Shown here one piece after another: positions 56,189 through 64,000 of a stretch of 64,000 nucleotides of DNA. The first letter of the stretch is position 1; each line of letters starts with the position of its first letter. The DNA lies in the IMG/VR virus record IMGVR_UViG_3300044680_000048, positions 1 through 64,000 of that record. One strand, written 5' to 3'. The stretch is from a virus. The notes beneath the pieces were generated by a model. The model was not told the DNA's origin. It searched no databases and saw only the letters and a list, made by a program, of their open reading frames with translations. The translations under genes and the position numbers were made by a program.

Positions 56189-56197
56189 TGGTATAAT
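56189..56197 (+). promoter_or_regulatory. extended -10 promoter (TGgTATAAT) for the tRNA
   Basis: TG 56189-56190, TATAAT 56192-56197, 6 nt upstream of the tRNA 5' end. Confidence 0.55.
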
Positions 56198-56203
56198 AAA
56201 ATT

Positions 56204-56282
56204 AGTAGGGTAGGGGAGTCTGGTCGTCCCCGCAAGGCTCATAACCTTGAGATCGTGAGTTCAAATCTCACCCTTGCAACCA
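56204..56282 (+). tRNA. tRNA with CAU anticodon (Met; Ile2/initiator not excluded), encoded CCA
   Basis: Hand-folded cloverleaf. Acceptor 56204-10/56272-78 has 6 of 7 pairs with an A1xA72 mismatch. D stem GGGG/CCCC. Anticodon stem CAAGG/CCTTG with loop CTCATAA. Variable loop AGATC. T arm GTGAG-TTCAAAT-CTCAC. Discriminator A plus CCA. Confidence 0.78.
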
Positions 56283-56284
56283 AT

Positions 56285-56608
56285 TTAGATAAAAGAACTA
56301 TCATGCCTATCTATTAGGGACATAATTTCTTCTTGGGTGGCATCTGGATGATGGGGGATAGAGGTTTCCCGTCTCCATACTTCCGGATGATTAGGGTCAA
56401 TGGGATTAACTCCATTCCCATAAACCACTATTACATGATTATCTAGGTTAGGGTGTTTACTAACACTCATTATTTGGGCTTTCTTTTGCCCTCTATATTG
56501 AGGAGTAGAAGTTCTTTCTATGACTCTTGTGGCAATCAAATCTATATCATCATCGGTTAATTCATACCGGAAGAGATTCCATAACCACTCTTTCACTTTT
56601 TTAAACAT
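56285..56608 (-). CDS. hypothetical protein (107 aa)
   Basis: ORF track. Confidence 0.55.
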   Translation of the reverse strand: MFKKVKEWLWNLFRYELTDDDIDLIATRVIERTSTPQYRGQKKAQIMSVSKHPNLDNHVIVVYGNGVNPIDPNHPEVWRRETSIPHHPDATQEEIMSLIDRHDSSFI

Positions 56609-56610
56609 AT

Positions 56611-57033
56611 TTAGAGGGCATCTCCCAATAAGGTTACTGTTGATGCCGTAGTAGCATCAGCACTTCTAAGAGTAACCTTGATCCACCCACCTGTCTGAGC
56701 TAGGTTAACATTGAAGACAGTATTAACTGTTTGAGGACTTCCATCATTAGCTACTATAGGATTAAGGACAACAGTTTGTCCAACACTGTCATAGGCAGGA
56801 GTTATGGGATTCCCGCCATTAACATAAAATCCAGGTTGTCCATTAGGGACCGCCGGTCCAAAACCATTAGTAACATTACAGGTAAAACCCGTAATAGAAG
56901 AAGTGGAAGCAAAGGTTATAGAAGTTTCTACCTGAAGTTCATTGAAGACAGTGGCATCTATTTCTATAATAAGAGTTCCGGAAGCAGCTACTGAATAGGT
57001 TCCATAATTCGTGTAATTAGAATGCGAAGCCAT
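56611..57033 (-). CDS. beta-rich small virion protein (140 aa), distant paralog of 62840..63244
   Basis: Shared AASG.., ..N...G.G.., W[IV][KR][VF]....GD C-terminal pattern. Confidence 0.55.
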   Translation of the reverse strand: MASHSNYTNYGTYSVAASGTLIIEIDATVFNELQVETSITFASTSSITGFTCNVTNGFGPAVPNGQPGFYVNGGNPITPAYDSVGQTVVLNPIVANDGSPQTVNTVFNVNLAQTGGWIKVTLRSADATTASTVTLLGDAL

Positions 57034-57179
57034 TAATAACTCCCTACATAGAAGGCAGTTGTTTGGGAACCAAAGCCTAAACTATACCTTTCTCCGGAAA
57101 CATCCATATTTCCCGCTCCGTCATCTACCCATTGAACAGTTTGACTATCAGAAGAACCACCGGAAAGAAATACCAACAT
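57033..57179 (-). CDS. hypothetical small protein (48 aa)
   Basis: Hand translation; TAATG coupling to the 56611..57033 gene. Confidence 0.35.
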   Translation of the reverse strand: MLVFLSGGSSDSQTVQWVDDGAGNMDVSGERYSLGFGSQTTAFYVGSY

Positions 57180-57221
57180 ATTAAACCTCAAATCTTAAAC
57201 TATGTAGAATTTTAGCTTTAG

Positions 57222-58061
57222 CTAAAAGCTGCCCCTTAAGGTTTCATAGGCTAACTCATATCCATGGTTTATTAGGGACTTCCGGTCCTTCTTATAGTTA
57301 AAGTCTATTAAATTACGCTGAATATTACTCTCTGCCTTTACTACTATAACTTTAACCTCTCTAAACCGAGAGTTGGTAGATACTATGGAGTTGATTGTCT
57401 CAACAAATTTAAGTTCTTTCGATATGGAGATATAAGACGGTAATGATAAACCAGCCTGCATTACATCTAAAATACTGTTTATCTTGTAACAAGTCTCCGG
57501 CACTTGAGGTTGAAACAAGACAACAACATCGGCGCCCATTTCTACTGCCTGAGAAACCGAGAAGTTATTACTTAGCCCACCATCTAGGTATTGTTGACCA
57601 TTAAGAGAAACAGGCTCAAATAAAACTGGAGGTGAAGCAGATGCTCGTAAGAACGCCGGCAAGTCTTCTCCTAACTCATGAACGTCTTTAGTAACACCGC
57701 TCCAATCTGTAAAATTAGTAACGTTAATTAAGAATTTCTTAGGGTTTCCGGCAACTTTACCATTATCTATATATTTCTTTAATGTTCTTTCCAGAGGAGA
57801 AGAGTCGTATAAACAGAACTTACCGGAAAGAAAGTTACCAAATGGGTTTAAACTATAAACATCCGGATTCTTAATATTCATCCACAGATCTAGCATTTCA
57901 TCTATTCTATTTTGATGAAGAAAAAGACCATTCAGGCTACCAACGGAAGTTCCATGAAGAACGTCATAAGTAAGTCCTAATTCATGCCAAGCTTTAATCA
58001 TCCCGGCTTGTAGGATGCCCATTGAACCGCCGCCGGAAAGACATAGGTGGATATTAGACAT
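57222..58061 (-). CDS. patatin-like phospholipase
   Basis: All four patatin blocks are present: SGGGSMG (oxyanion hole), GTSVG (GxSxG nucleophile), ASASPP, YLDGG (catalytic Asp). Confidence 0.85.
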   Translation of the reverse strand: MSNIHLCLSGGGSMGILQAGMIKAWHELGLTYDVLHGTSVGSLNGLFLHQNRIDEMLDLWMNIKNPDVYSLNPFGNFLSGKFCLYDSSPLERTLKKYIDNGKVAGNPKKFLINVTNFTDWSGVTKDVHELGEDLPAFLRASASPPVLFEPVSLNGQQYLDGGLSNNFSVSQAVEMGADVVVLFQPQVPETCYKINSILDVMQAGLSLPSYISISKELKFVETINSIVSTNSRFREVKVIVVKAESNIQRNLIDFNYKKDRKSLINHGYELAYETLRGSF

Positions 58062-58494
58062 TGATTAGAGGAATGTTGTATTGCACAGCAAGTGATTCCG
58101 CCATGGTTATTACTGTAGGAGTCAACCAAGTGGGATTGGTTGCTTTTAGCCCCGTCCAATACTGAGAAATTGCTAGTGGATAGGTCGTAATAAATTTGTC
58201 TACTAGCGGGAAGGCTTGAGAGAGATTTATAGCGGCTTCGGTTAGTCCTTGAGCCAGCAATCCCTGAAATAAAGATCCCTGGAACATGTCGGGATTTGGG
58301 ACGGCGACGTTAGTCGGAATGTAGATCAGCACTCCATTCACGATTTTGTAATTCGTGATATTCTGGTCGCCGTTATACGACATGAACGGCGCCCAAGTGT
58401 CTTCCGCTGATGGCGTATCAACACCAGGCACGATGGTTGCTTGGTTGTTTGTGCCGGTGCAATTTGTTTGTCCGGCGAATTGAATTACGTTCAT
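58054..58494 (-). CDS. hypothetical protein (146 aa) downstream of the fibre; possible fibre accessory/chaperone
   Basis: GGAG RBS; the N-terminal two-thirds share the GC-richer composition of the fibre C-terminus. Confidence 0.55.
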   Translation of the reverse strand: MNVIQFAGQTNCTGTNNQATIVPGVDTPSAEDTWAPFMSYNGDQNITNYKIVNGVLIYIPTNVAVPNPDMFQGSLFQGLLAQGLTEAAINLSQAFPLVDKFITTYPLAISQYWTGLKATNPTWLTPTVITMAESLAVQYNIPLINV

Positions 58495-58497
58495 TAT

Positions 58498-61400
58498 TTA
58501 CTCCGCATCCATAAAGACTGACTTTGTAGCTATGTTGACAGCCGTTGTGCTTAGTGTGGTGATCGTCTCGACATTGCACGCAACACCTGATATCGGGACA
58601 TCTGTCGTTGTAGACGCAGCTAGTACTGACGCACCGCCGTTAGTACTGATGTAGAAACTTACTGTGCCAGGTATAGAGCAATCAACCGCCATTGTGTATA
58701 CGGTGTTGTAATTTATTGGGACCGTCGTAGTGATCACGTTTTGCGCTGAGCCTGTGCCAGTTACACAACGCCAGTACTGAGTAGCATCTACTGCGGGCGA
58801 GTAGCGAAATGCGGCCACGCTAACTGCGGTCCCAGGTGTATTCGTTCCTGTGCAATATGCAGCACCACCGCCTAGCATCCCCACCCAGATCCGGCAATTC
58901 TGAATGTCTGTAGAACTTGATCCGGTCCTAATAGTCGCTATATATCTCGGTCCTGGGTACGTATTATTGAATACTCCCCAGTTTGCATTTGCTTGCGAAG
59001 AGCTACCGGCGTAGGTGCCCGAGGTAGTTGAAGTAGCAAAGTTGACTGCGAAATCTAATCCAGCAGTACCCCACAGCGTCGTAGCAGTGCCCGAATTTGT
59101 GGGACTAACTGTGTTCAAACCTCCCGAAAAATATACAGAAGTCGTTGCGACTGCTGGATAACTATAGGTTCCCCATCGCCGCGGACGAGCGCAGGTGATT
59201 GACGGGAACATATAACTATTAACCCACGCACCCGTCCCAGATCCAGTATTTTGAATTGTCTGCCCGATGTTGCCACCGGATGGTAAGCCGCCTCCACCTC
59301 CACCAGAGGCTGTAGAGGCAATAGTTATTGTGCTATTAGTAGAATTAAGAGTTAATGTAGTATTGGACCCGGCAACTAATGCATTAGTTAAAGCTGAGTA
59401 TATATCAGTAGCTACAGGTGCTCTAAAAGTAGGCTTGTTTGCAGCTCCTGTTGTAGGTCCAAATAACCCTGTTCCTGAAGCTTGATTAATTAGAGAAAGT
59501 TGAAGAGTTCCGTTAGCTGTAAGAGGAGAATTTGTTGCTGGAGAGGTAAAAATTACATTATCTGTAGTTAATCCAACAGAGGTTAAAGCCCCAGAAGCAT
59601 AATTACTTAAGGTTATAGAATTAGCCGCATTACTAACTGTAATTCCTACACCAGTTATATTAGCCGGACTATAAGATCCTCCAGAAGTAGATCCTATAGG
59701 TATTTGACCATCTGTAGGGACAGTAGAAACTCCAGTTCCACCTGAGTAGACACTGGCTATCTGAGGCTTGATAGTTCTCCAACCACTAATTCCATCACTT
59801 ATAACGCCCATGACTTGGAATTTCAGCATGGTTTTGGATGTAGAACCGCCATCAAAGGTATCGGTTCCATTAGTAGTTACAGTACAAGCATTAGTCCCAG
59901 TAACAGTATTATTATTAAAATAAAATACTTCTGCTACAACACTTGAAGCAGCCGGGAGAATCAAGGTTACAGGAGCAGTTGAGGCATCCATATTCTGGTA
60001 GCCCGGAGAAGTATTGGTTAAAGTTGCACTAACTGTAGCTGAAGCGAATCCTTGGAATAAATTAACATAAGCCGGGAGTCCATTAACTACTCCTATTGCT
60101 TGAGAAGTTAAACCAACTCCTAAAGCAGACTCTACATTGGCATTTGTGAAGTAAGGAATATCTCCCATAGTTCCTACTGCCGAAAGATTAATCTGTGGAG
60201 TTGAAGTTGAATTGGTTACATTAACTGCAATTGAAGGAATAGAACTACTGGCAGATACAGAACTTACTGTGCCGGAACCTCCTCCTGAAGCAGTAGAGGC
60301 AATAGTAATAACACTTCCATTATTAGTTAGAGTAATATTATTTCCGGCAGCTAGGGCTCCAGTAAGATCACTACCCGTAAGGTTCCTAAATGTAGGAGCT
60401 GCATTACCACCACTTGCTGGACCGGCAAAGATAAGTCCTGAGGCTTGATTTACAAAAGTTCCTGTTAAAGTTCCAGAATTTATAACAGGAGAGCCTGAAA
60501 CAGTAAATATGGTATTAGGGAGACTTAATGCTACAGAGGTAACTGTCCCATTGGTATTTGAGCTTCCGGCATTAGAAATAATGTTTAAAGTATTTCCATT
60601 GTTTGTTAATGAAAGGTTACTTCCACTAACTGTAATTGCATTAGTTAGGTCACTTCCTACTATATTGCGATAAATTGGAGAATTTGGACTTCCAGAAGCT
60701 GGACCACTTAAGAAAGTACCAGAGGCTGCACTTGATAGATTAAAACTTAAAGTTGGCGTAGTATTTGAAGTGCTAACTGATGTTGTAAAAATTGGATTGG
60801 CAGTGCCCGCTGAAAAAGAAGTTACTGTCCCACTAGTATTAGAAGAACCAGCAGCGCTGATAATAACATTAGAACCATTGTTATTGACTGTAACATTAGT
60901 TCCGGCTTGAATAATTGATCCTAAATCATATCCAACTAAATTCCTGTAAGAAGGACTTCCCACAGCCCCACTTGCAGGTCCAGATAAAATTTGACCAGAA
61001 GCTGTATTGGATAGACTAAAACTTAAAACTGGAGTAGTAGTTGAATTAGCAACTGAAGTTGTGAACACGGGATTAGCCGAACCAGCCGAAAAGTTTGTAA
61101 CGGTTCCTGAACTAGAGCCACTTCCAGCTACTGCTGAAATAGTTAGAACTCCTCCACTATTATTAAAGTTTATATTAGCCCCAGCAGCAAGACTTCCAAT
61201 TAAATCATTACTATTTAATGTCCTATAAGTAGGAGCAGTAGAACTACCTGAAGTTGGACCAGCTAAAAAGGTTGCCGAAGCTGCATTGGAAATAGTATAA
61301 GAAATGGAAGGTGCAGTAGTAGGGTTAGAAACCGCACTTGTAAATATAGGAGCTAGGTTTCCAGAAGAGACAGAAGTGACTGAACCATTCCCGCTCGATG

Positions 61401-62838
61401 TTGAAGATATTATTATATTTCCATCGGAATTTCCAATGTTTATATTACTTCCAGCAGTTAAGCTATTAGGAACCCAACCTGTGGCAGATCCTATTAACAG
61501 TTGTCCAGGACTATTACCTTGAGGAAGATCTGTTAAGACCATTGCTCGAAAATTAGGAGTTCCAGAAGTGGAACTTGGTGAAGCAAATATCTGTCCAGAA
61601 GATTGTGAAGATAAGGTGTGAGAAATTACGGGAGTAGTAGTAGGGTTAGTTGTACTAGAAGTAAACAGTCCGGTAAGTCCTGAGTCACTTACGGAAGTTA
61701 CTGAACCTGAAGCATTATTAGTAGCAGTAATTGTTATCTGAGAACCATTATTGCTTAAACTGATCCCAGAACCATTATTGAAGTTTCCGAAAATATCATT
61801 ACTGATAATTCCCCGATAACTTGGGGCTCCAGCAGTGCCAGAAGCAGGTCCGGCAAGAAATTGTCCTGAGGCTTGATTTGTTAGAGAAAAAGTAGTACTA
61901 GGTGTTGTAGTTGAAGTAGCTGTGGTGGAAGTAAAGATAGGAGAAAGGTTGCCAACAGCGACACTTGTTACTGACCCACTAGCTAAACCAGTTGCGGAAA
62001 TAGTTCCACCAGAAGATATGTTTATATTACTTCCAGCAGTTAAAGTAGGAACTACATCAGAAGCTGTTAATGGTCTAAATCCAGGAGTGGCATTTCCACC
62101 AGAGATTGGTCCAGCATACACCTGCCCTGAAGCTTGACTAGTAACAGTAAAGGTTAAATTAGGTGTGCTGGTGGGTGTAGCTACGGATGTAGTAAAAAGC
62201 CCACCAGCATTTCCAGAAGTGAAACTACTTACTGTTCCACTACCACCAGAAGAGGCAATGACTAGGCTACTTCCCACTAAGGTTAGAGTAATATTTGAAC
62301 CCGCAGAGAGGGCAGAAATTAAATCTGAACCAACATGTAATCTATAGTATGGAGTTGCCGCAGACCCTGTTACAGGTCCTGCTAAAAACTGACCAGAAGG
62401 AGCAGAAGATAAGAGAAAACTTAATGCTGGTGTGGAAGTGGGATTGGAAACTGAAGTGGTGAATATAGGATTTGCTATTCCAGCCGAAAAGTTTGTTACT
62501 GTTCCTAATCCAGCTCCAGAAGACCCAATAGTTAATGTATTGGTCCCAGCAGTTAGAGAGATTCCGGCACCTGCTACTAACTTGAAAGAATTAGGAAGGT
62601 TGGACGTTTCATTAGCTTGAGTTACATAGGTGCCGGAAGGATAACCTCCACCAGCAGCCGAGACTGTTAAATTTCCACCTGAGAAGGTTAACGTGATATT
62701 ACTTCCGGCAGCAATAACACTTGCTCCGGTAAGAGTAGAGTTAGAAGAAGTTAATAGATAAGGAGCATTCGTAGGCGCTCCACCAGAGCTTCCTCCGGTA
62801 GATGAACTAAAGAATATTGGGGGAAAGAAAAACTTCAC
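58498..62838 (-). CDS. giant repeat fibre protein (1446 aa), GTG start
   Basis: At least 9 tandem ~88-100 aa modules (G[ST]V[TS][SN][VF]...IFT[TS]..[ST]TP..[SF]...Q/A-ASG..[FL].GP.SG....P.[YF]R......D......AG.N[IV]...) plus a 262-aa distinct C-terminal domain. Confidence 0.8.
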   Translation of the reverse strand: MKFFFPPIFFSSSTGGSSGGAPTNAPYLLTSSNSTLTGASVIAAGSNITLTFSGGNLTVSAAGGGYPSGTYVTQANETSNLPNSFKLVAGAGISLTAGTNTLTIGSSGAGLGTVTNFSAGIANPIFTTSVSNPTSTPALSFLLSSAPSGQFLAGPVTGSAATPYYRLHVGSDLISALSAGSNITLTLVGSSLVIASSGGSGTVSSFTSGNAGGLFTTSVATPTSTPNLTFTVTSQASGQVYAGPISGGNATPGFRPLTASDVVPTLTAGSNINISSGGTISATGLASGSVTSVAVGNLSPIFTSTTATSTTTPSTTFSLTNQASGQFLAGPASGTAGAPSYRGIISNDIFGNFNNGSGISLSNNGSQITITATNNASGSVTSVSDSGLTGLFTSSTTNPTTTPVISHTLSSQSSGQIFASPSSTSGTPNFRAMVLTDLPQGNSPGQLLIGSATGWVPNSLTAGSNINIGNSDGNIIISSTSSGNGSVTSVSSGNLAPIFTSAVSNPTTAPSISYTISNAASATFLAGPTSGSSTAPTYRTLNSNDLIGSLAAGANINFNNSGGVLTISAVAGSGSSSGTVTNFSAGSANPVFTTSVANSTTTPVLSFSLSNTASGQILSGPASGAVGSPSYRNLVGYDLGSIIQAGTNVTVNNNGSNVIISAAGSSNTSGTVTSFSAGTANPIFTTSVSTSNTTPTLSFNLSSAASGTFLSGPASGSPNSPIYRNIVGSDLTNAITVSGSNLSLTNNGNTLNIISNAGSSNTNGTVTSVALSLPNTIFTVSGSPVINSGTLTGTFVNQASGLIFAGPASGGNAAPTFRNLTGSDLTGALAAGNNITLTNNGSVITIASTASGGGSGTVSSVSASSSIPSIAVNVTNSTSTPQINLSAVGTMGDIPYFTNANVESALGVGLTSQAIGVVNGLPAYVNLFQGFASATVSATLTNTSPGYQNMDASTAPVTLILPAASSVVAEVFYFNNNTVTGTNACTVTTNGTDTFDGGSTSKTMLKFQVMGVISDGISGWRTIKPQIASVYSGGTGVSTVPTDGQIPIGSTSGGSYSPANITGVGITVSNAANSITLSNYASGALTSVGLTTDNVIFTSPATNSPLTANGTLQLSLINQASGTGLFGPTTGAANKPTFRAPVATDIYSALTNALVAGSNTTLTLNSTNSTITIASTASGGGGGGLPSGGNIGQTIQNTGSGTGAWVNSYMFPSITCARPRRWGTYSYPAVATTSVYFSGGLNTVSPTNSGTATTLWGTAGLDFAVNFATSTTSGTYAGSSSQANANWGVFNNTYPGPRYIATIRTGSSSTDIQNCRIWVGMLGGGAAYCTGTNTPGTAVSVAAFRYSPAVDATQYWRCVTGTGSAQNVITTTVPINYNTVYTMAVDCSIPGTVSFYISTNGGASVLAASTTTDVPISGVACNVETITTLSTTAVNIATKSVFMDAE
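59290..62505 (-). repeat. tandem ~270-290-nt coding modules of the fibre gene
   Basis: Repeats are evident in the protein and in the periodic antisense shadow ORFs of the track. Confidence 0.85.
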
Positions 62839-62839
62839 C

Positions 62840-63244
62840 TTACGGAATATCTCCTACTACTTTTATTGTGGCAGGGTTTGCCGGATCAGGATTAGAAATT
62901 ACAAATCTTACCCACCTAGGAACCATGTAACAAAGTACTTCAATAAAGTCTGTATTGGTTAAACTAGAGCCGGAAGAAAGTTGATAAGTAGTTGCGCCTG
63001 TCTCATATATAGGTACGTTACTTCCTCCTATTACTATAGGAAGGGTTCCATTAGCGGTTGGGTCACTATTGCCGCAACCTGCATAACAATTTACTACCAG
63101 ACCAGAAGCCAGAAGAGAGGCATAGGTAGCACTTACGCCAATTGTTACTGGACTATTTTGGAAATTAAAAGTGTCTACATCGAAAGTATAACTGCCGCTA
63201 GCTGCGAGAGTTGAAACAGGAACAATTATCTGAAAATTGGACAT
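62840..63244 (-). CDS. beta-rich small virion protein (134 aa), distant paralog of 56611..57033
   Basis: See paralog; immediately upstream of the fibre gene. Confidence 0.55.
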   Translation of the reverse strand: MSNFQIIVPVSTLAASGSYTFDVDTFNFQNSPVTIGVSATYASLLASGLVVNCYAGCGNSDPTANGTLPIVIGGSNVPIYETGATTYQLSSGSSLTNTDFIEVLCYMVPRWVRFVISNPDPANPATIKVVGDIP

Positions 63245-63370
63245 TTATTGTCCCTTTTTCTTCTTTTTTTTCTTTTCCGATTTAGGTTTATCAAGCCCTT
63301 TAGCAAGGAAAATCAGTTCCGTAGATTCTGACTTCTGCACTTCAGCAACTTTTTTATCAGTATTAATCAT
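63245..63370 (-). CDS. hypothetical small protein (41 aa) with poly-Lys tail
   Basis: Hand translation MINTDKKVAEVQKSESTELIFLAKGLDKPKSEKKKKKKKGQ; TAAATG junction. Confidence 0.45.
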   Translation of the reverse strand: MINTDKKVAEVQKSESTELIFLAKGLDKPKSEKKKKKKKGQ

Positions 63371-63401
63371 TATATATCCTTAAGAGACACCTGAATTGTA
63401 A

Positions 63402-64000
63402 CTAGATATCTTGGTATGGAAGAGTATCAATTACAGCTTCTTCCCCTACTGGTAGTTTCATAGGAGTTGCCGGAGGTACTACTTCAGAAGCAACTGAGAT
63501 ATTGGGAAGAACCCTTAGAGGTTTCTTACCAGCAGTTCCACCTAGAGGAGGAAGTTTAGCTATTTCAGTTCTGGCTTCATCAACAGACATAAATCCATCC
63601 AATTTACCAATATCAACTAAGGACTTAGCCATATTCATAGTAAAGGAATTGAATCTATCCCTTGCCCGAATCTGTACGTCTTTTATTCCGGCTCTGGGAA
63701 GGATTTCAGAATTAATGAAATTATCAACTATCTTAACTACTTGATAGATAGCTTTATCAAAGATATCAGCAGCTTCATCAGCAAGAGAAGCAGCATGGTA
63801 TTGCTGATTAGCATTAGTAATAATTCCTAAACGTTCATGGGGGACACCCATTACATGAGCAACCTGTTTAGCAGCTTTATCAGAAGTTTTGTGGAAGGCT
63901 CCATCTAAGTCAGCCAGATTATTCATCTGTTTAATATCACGGGCACCCGTAAGGACTACAGTATCAAATCCGGCTCTGGCTCCAGAATGGTTTGCCCGAA
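63402..64000 (-). CDS. portal protein, C-terminal part (ORF continues beyond the window end)
   Basis: The frame stays open upstream of Met 63926 to position 64000; ..HVMGVPHERLGII...Y....L.....F......V...F.N.EILP resembles the HK97-type portal C-terminal region. Confidence 0.6.
   Translation of the reverse strand, partial: RANHSGARAGFDTVVLTGARDIKQMNNLADLDGAFHKTSDKAAKQVAHVMGVPHERLGIITNANQQYHAASLADEAADIFDKAIYQVVKIVDNFINSEILPRAGIKDVQIRARDRFNSFTMNMAKSLVDIGKLDGFMSVDEARTEIAKLPPLGGTAGKKPLRVLPNISVASEVVPPATPMKLPVGEEAVIDTLPYQDI

Noticed and set aside
56084-56317. 77-aa + strand ORF
   Set aside because: It is entirely explained by the tRNA gene and its promoter.
59267-62620. Seven + strand ORFs (59267, 60212, 61007, 61304, 61922, 62165, 62432) with recurring ..PEAVEAIVI.. 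peptides
   Set aside because: They are antisense shadows of the periodic fibre repeats on the minus strand. They have no RBS or independent support, and their periodicity simply mirrors the fibre modules.

Overview
AT-rich (high-30s %GC by eye), gene-dense segment of a tailed dsDNA phage genome. No integrase, terminase or replication genes are visible in the window. All homology calls come from motif recognition by eye; no database search or computation was possible.

Layout:
(i) 1-19.45 kb, + strand: about 55 small early-type ORFs, several behind near-consensus sigma70 promoters. They include two glycosyltransferase-like genes, an HslV/proteasome-like Ntn hydrolase, KTSC, DUF4177-like and DUF932-like proteins, and a cluster of unusual period-4 repeat proteins.
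(ii) 19.6-28.7 kb, - strand: auxiliary genes. These are a GC-rich long-form RmlA cassette, a small C5-MTase-like gene, peptide deformylase, a GH24 lysozyme and an RmlB-like dehydratase.
(iii) 28.7-47.9 kb, - strand: tail module, with a G/GT chaperone carrying a -1 frameshift, a 1215-aa tape measure, and baseplate/fibre proteins.
(iv) 47.9-48.7 kb: an 828-bp ORF-free region.
(v) 48.7-52.6 kb: SAM decarboxylase, an RmlC-like cupin, a Dam-type MTase and small ORFs.
(vi) 52.8-64 kb, - strand: head module (portal C-terminus, protease-ParB-scaffold fusion, capsid protein). It is interrupted by a ~7-kb insert encoding a 1446-aa repeat fibre and a patatin-like phospholipase, and by an antisense tRNA-Met(CAU).

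Most notable observations:
- A roughly 90-fold over-represented CCGG-centred word family, TT(G)CCGG(C)AA, found on both strands and in all codon phases.
- A GC-rich rmlA cassette bracketed by direct and inverted repeats.
- A cluster of period-4 repeat proteins, including 18 near-identical 12-nt NNLx units, that share a conserved tail.
- A patatin lipase and a ParB/Srx-like domain embedded in the virion module.
- An ORF-free, hairpin-rich 0.8-kb region ending in a minus-strand terminator.
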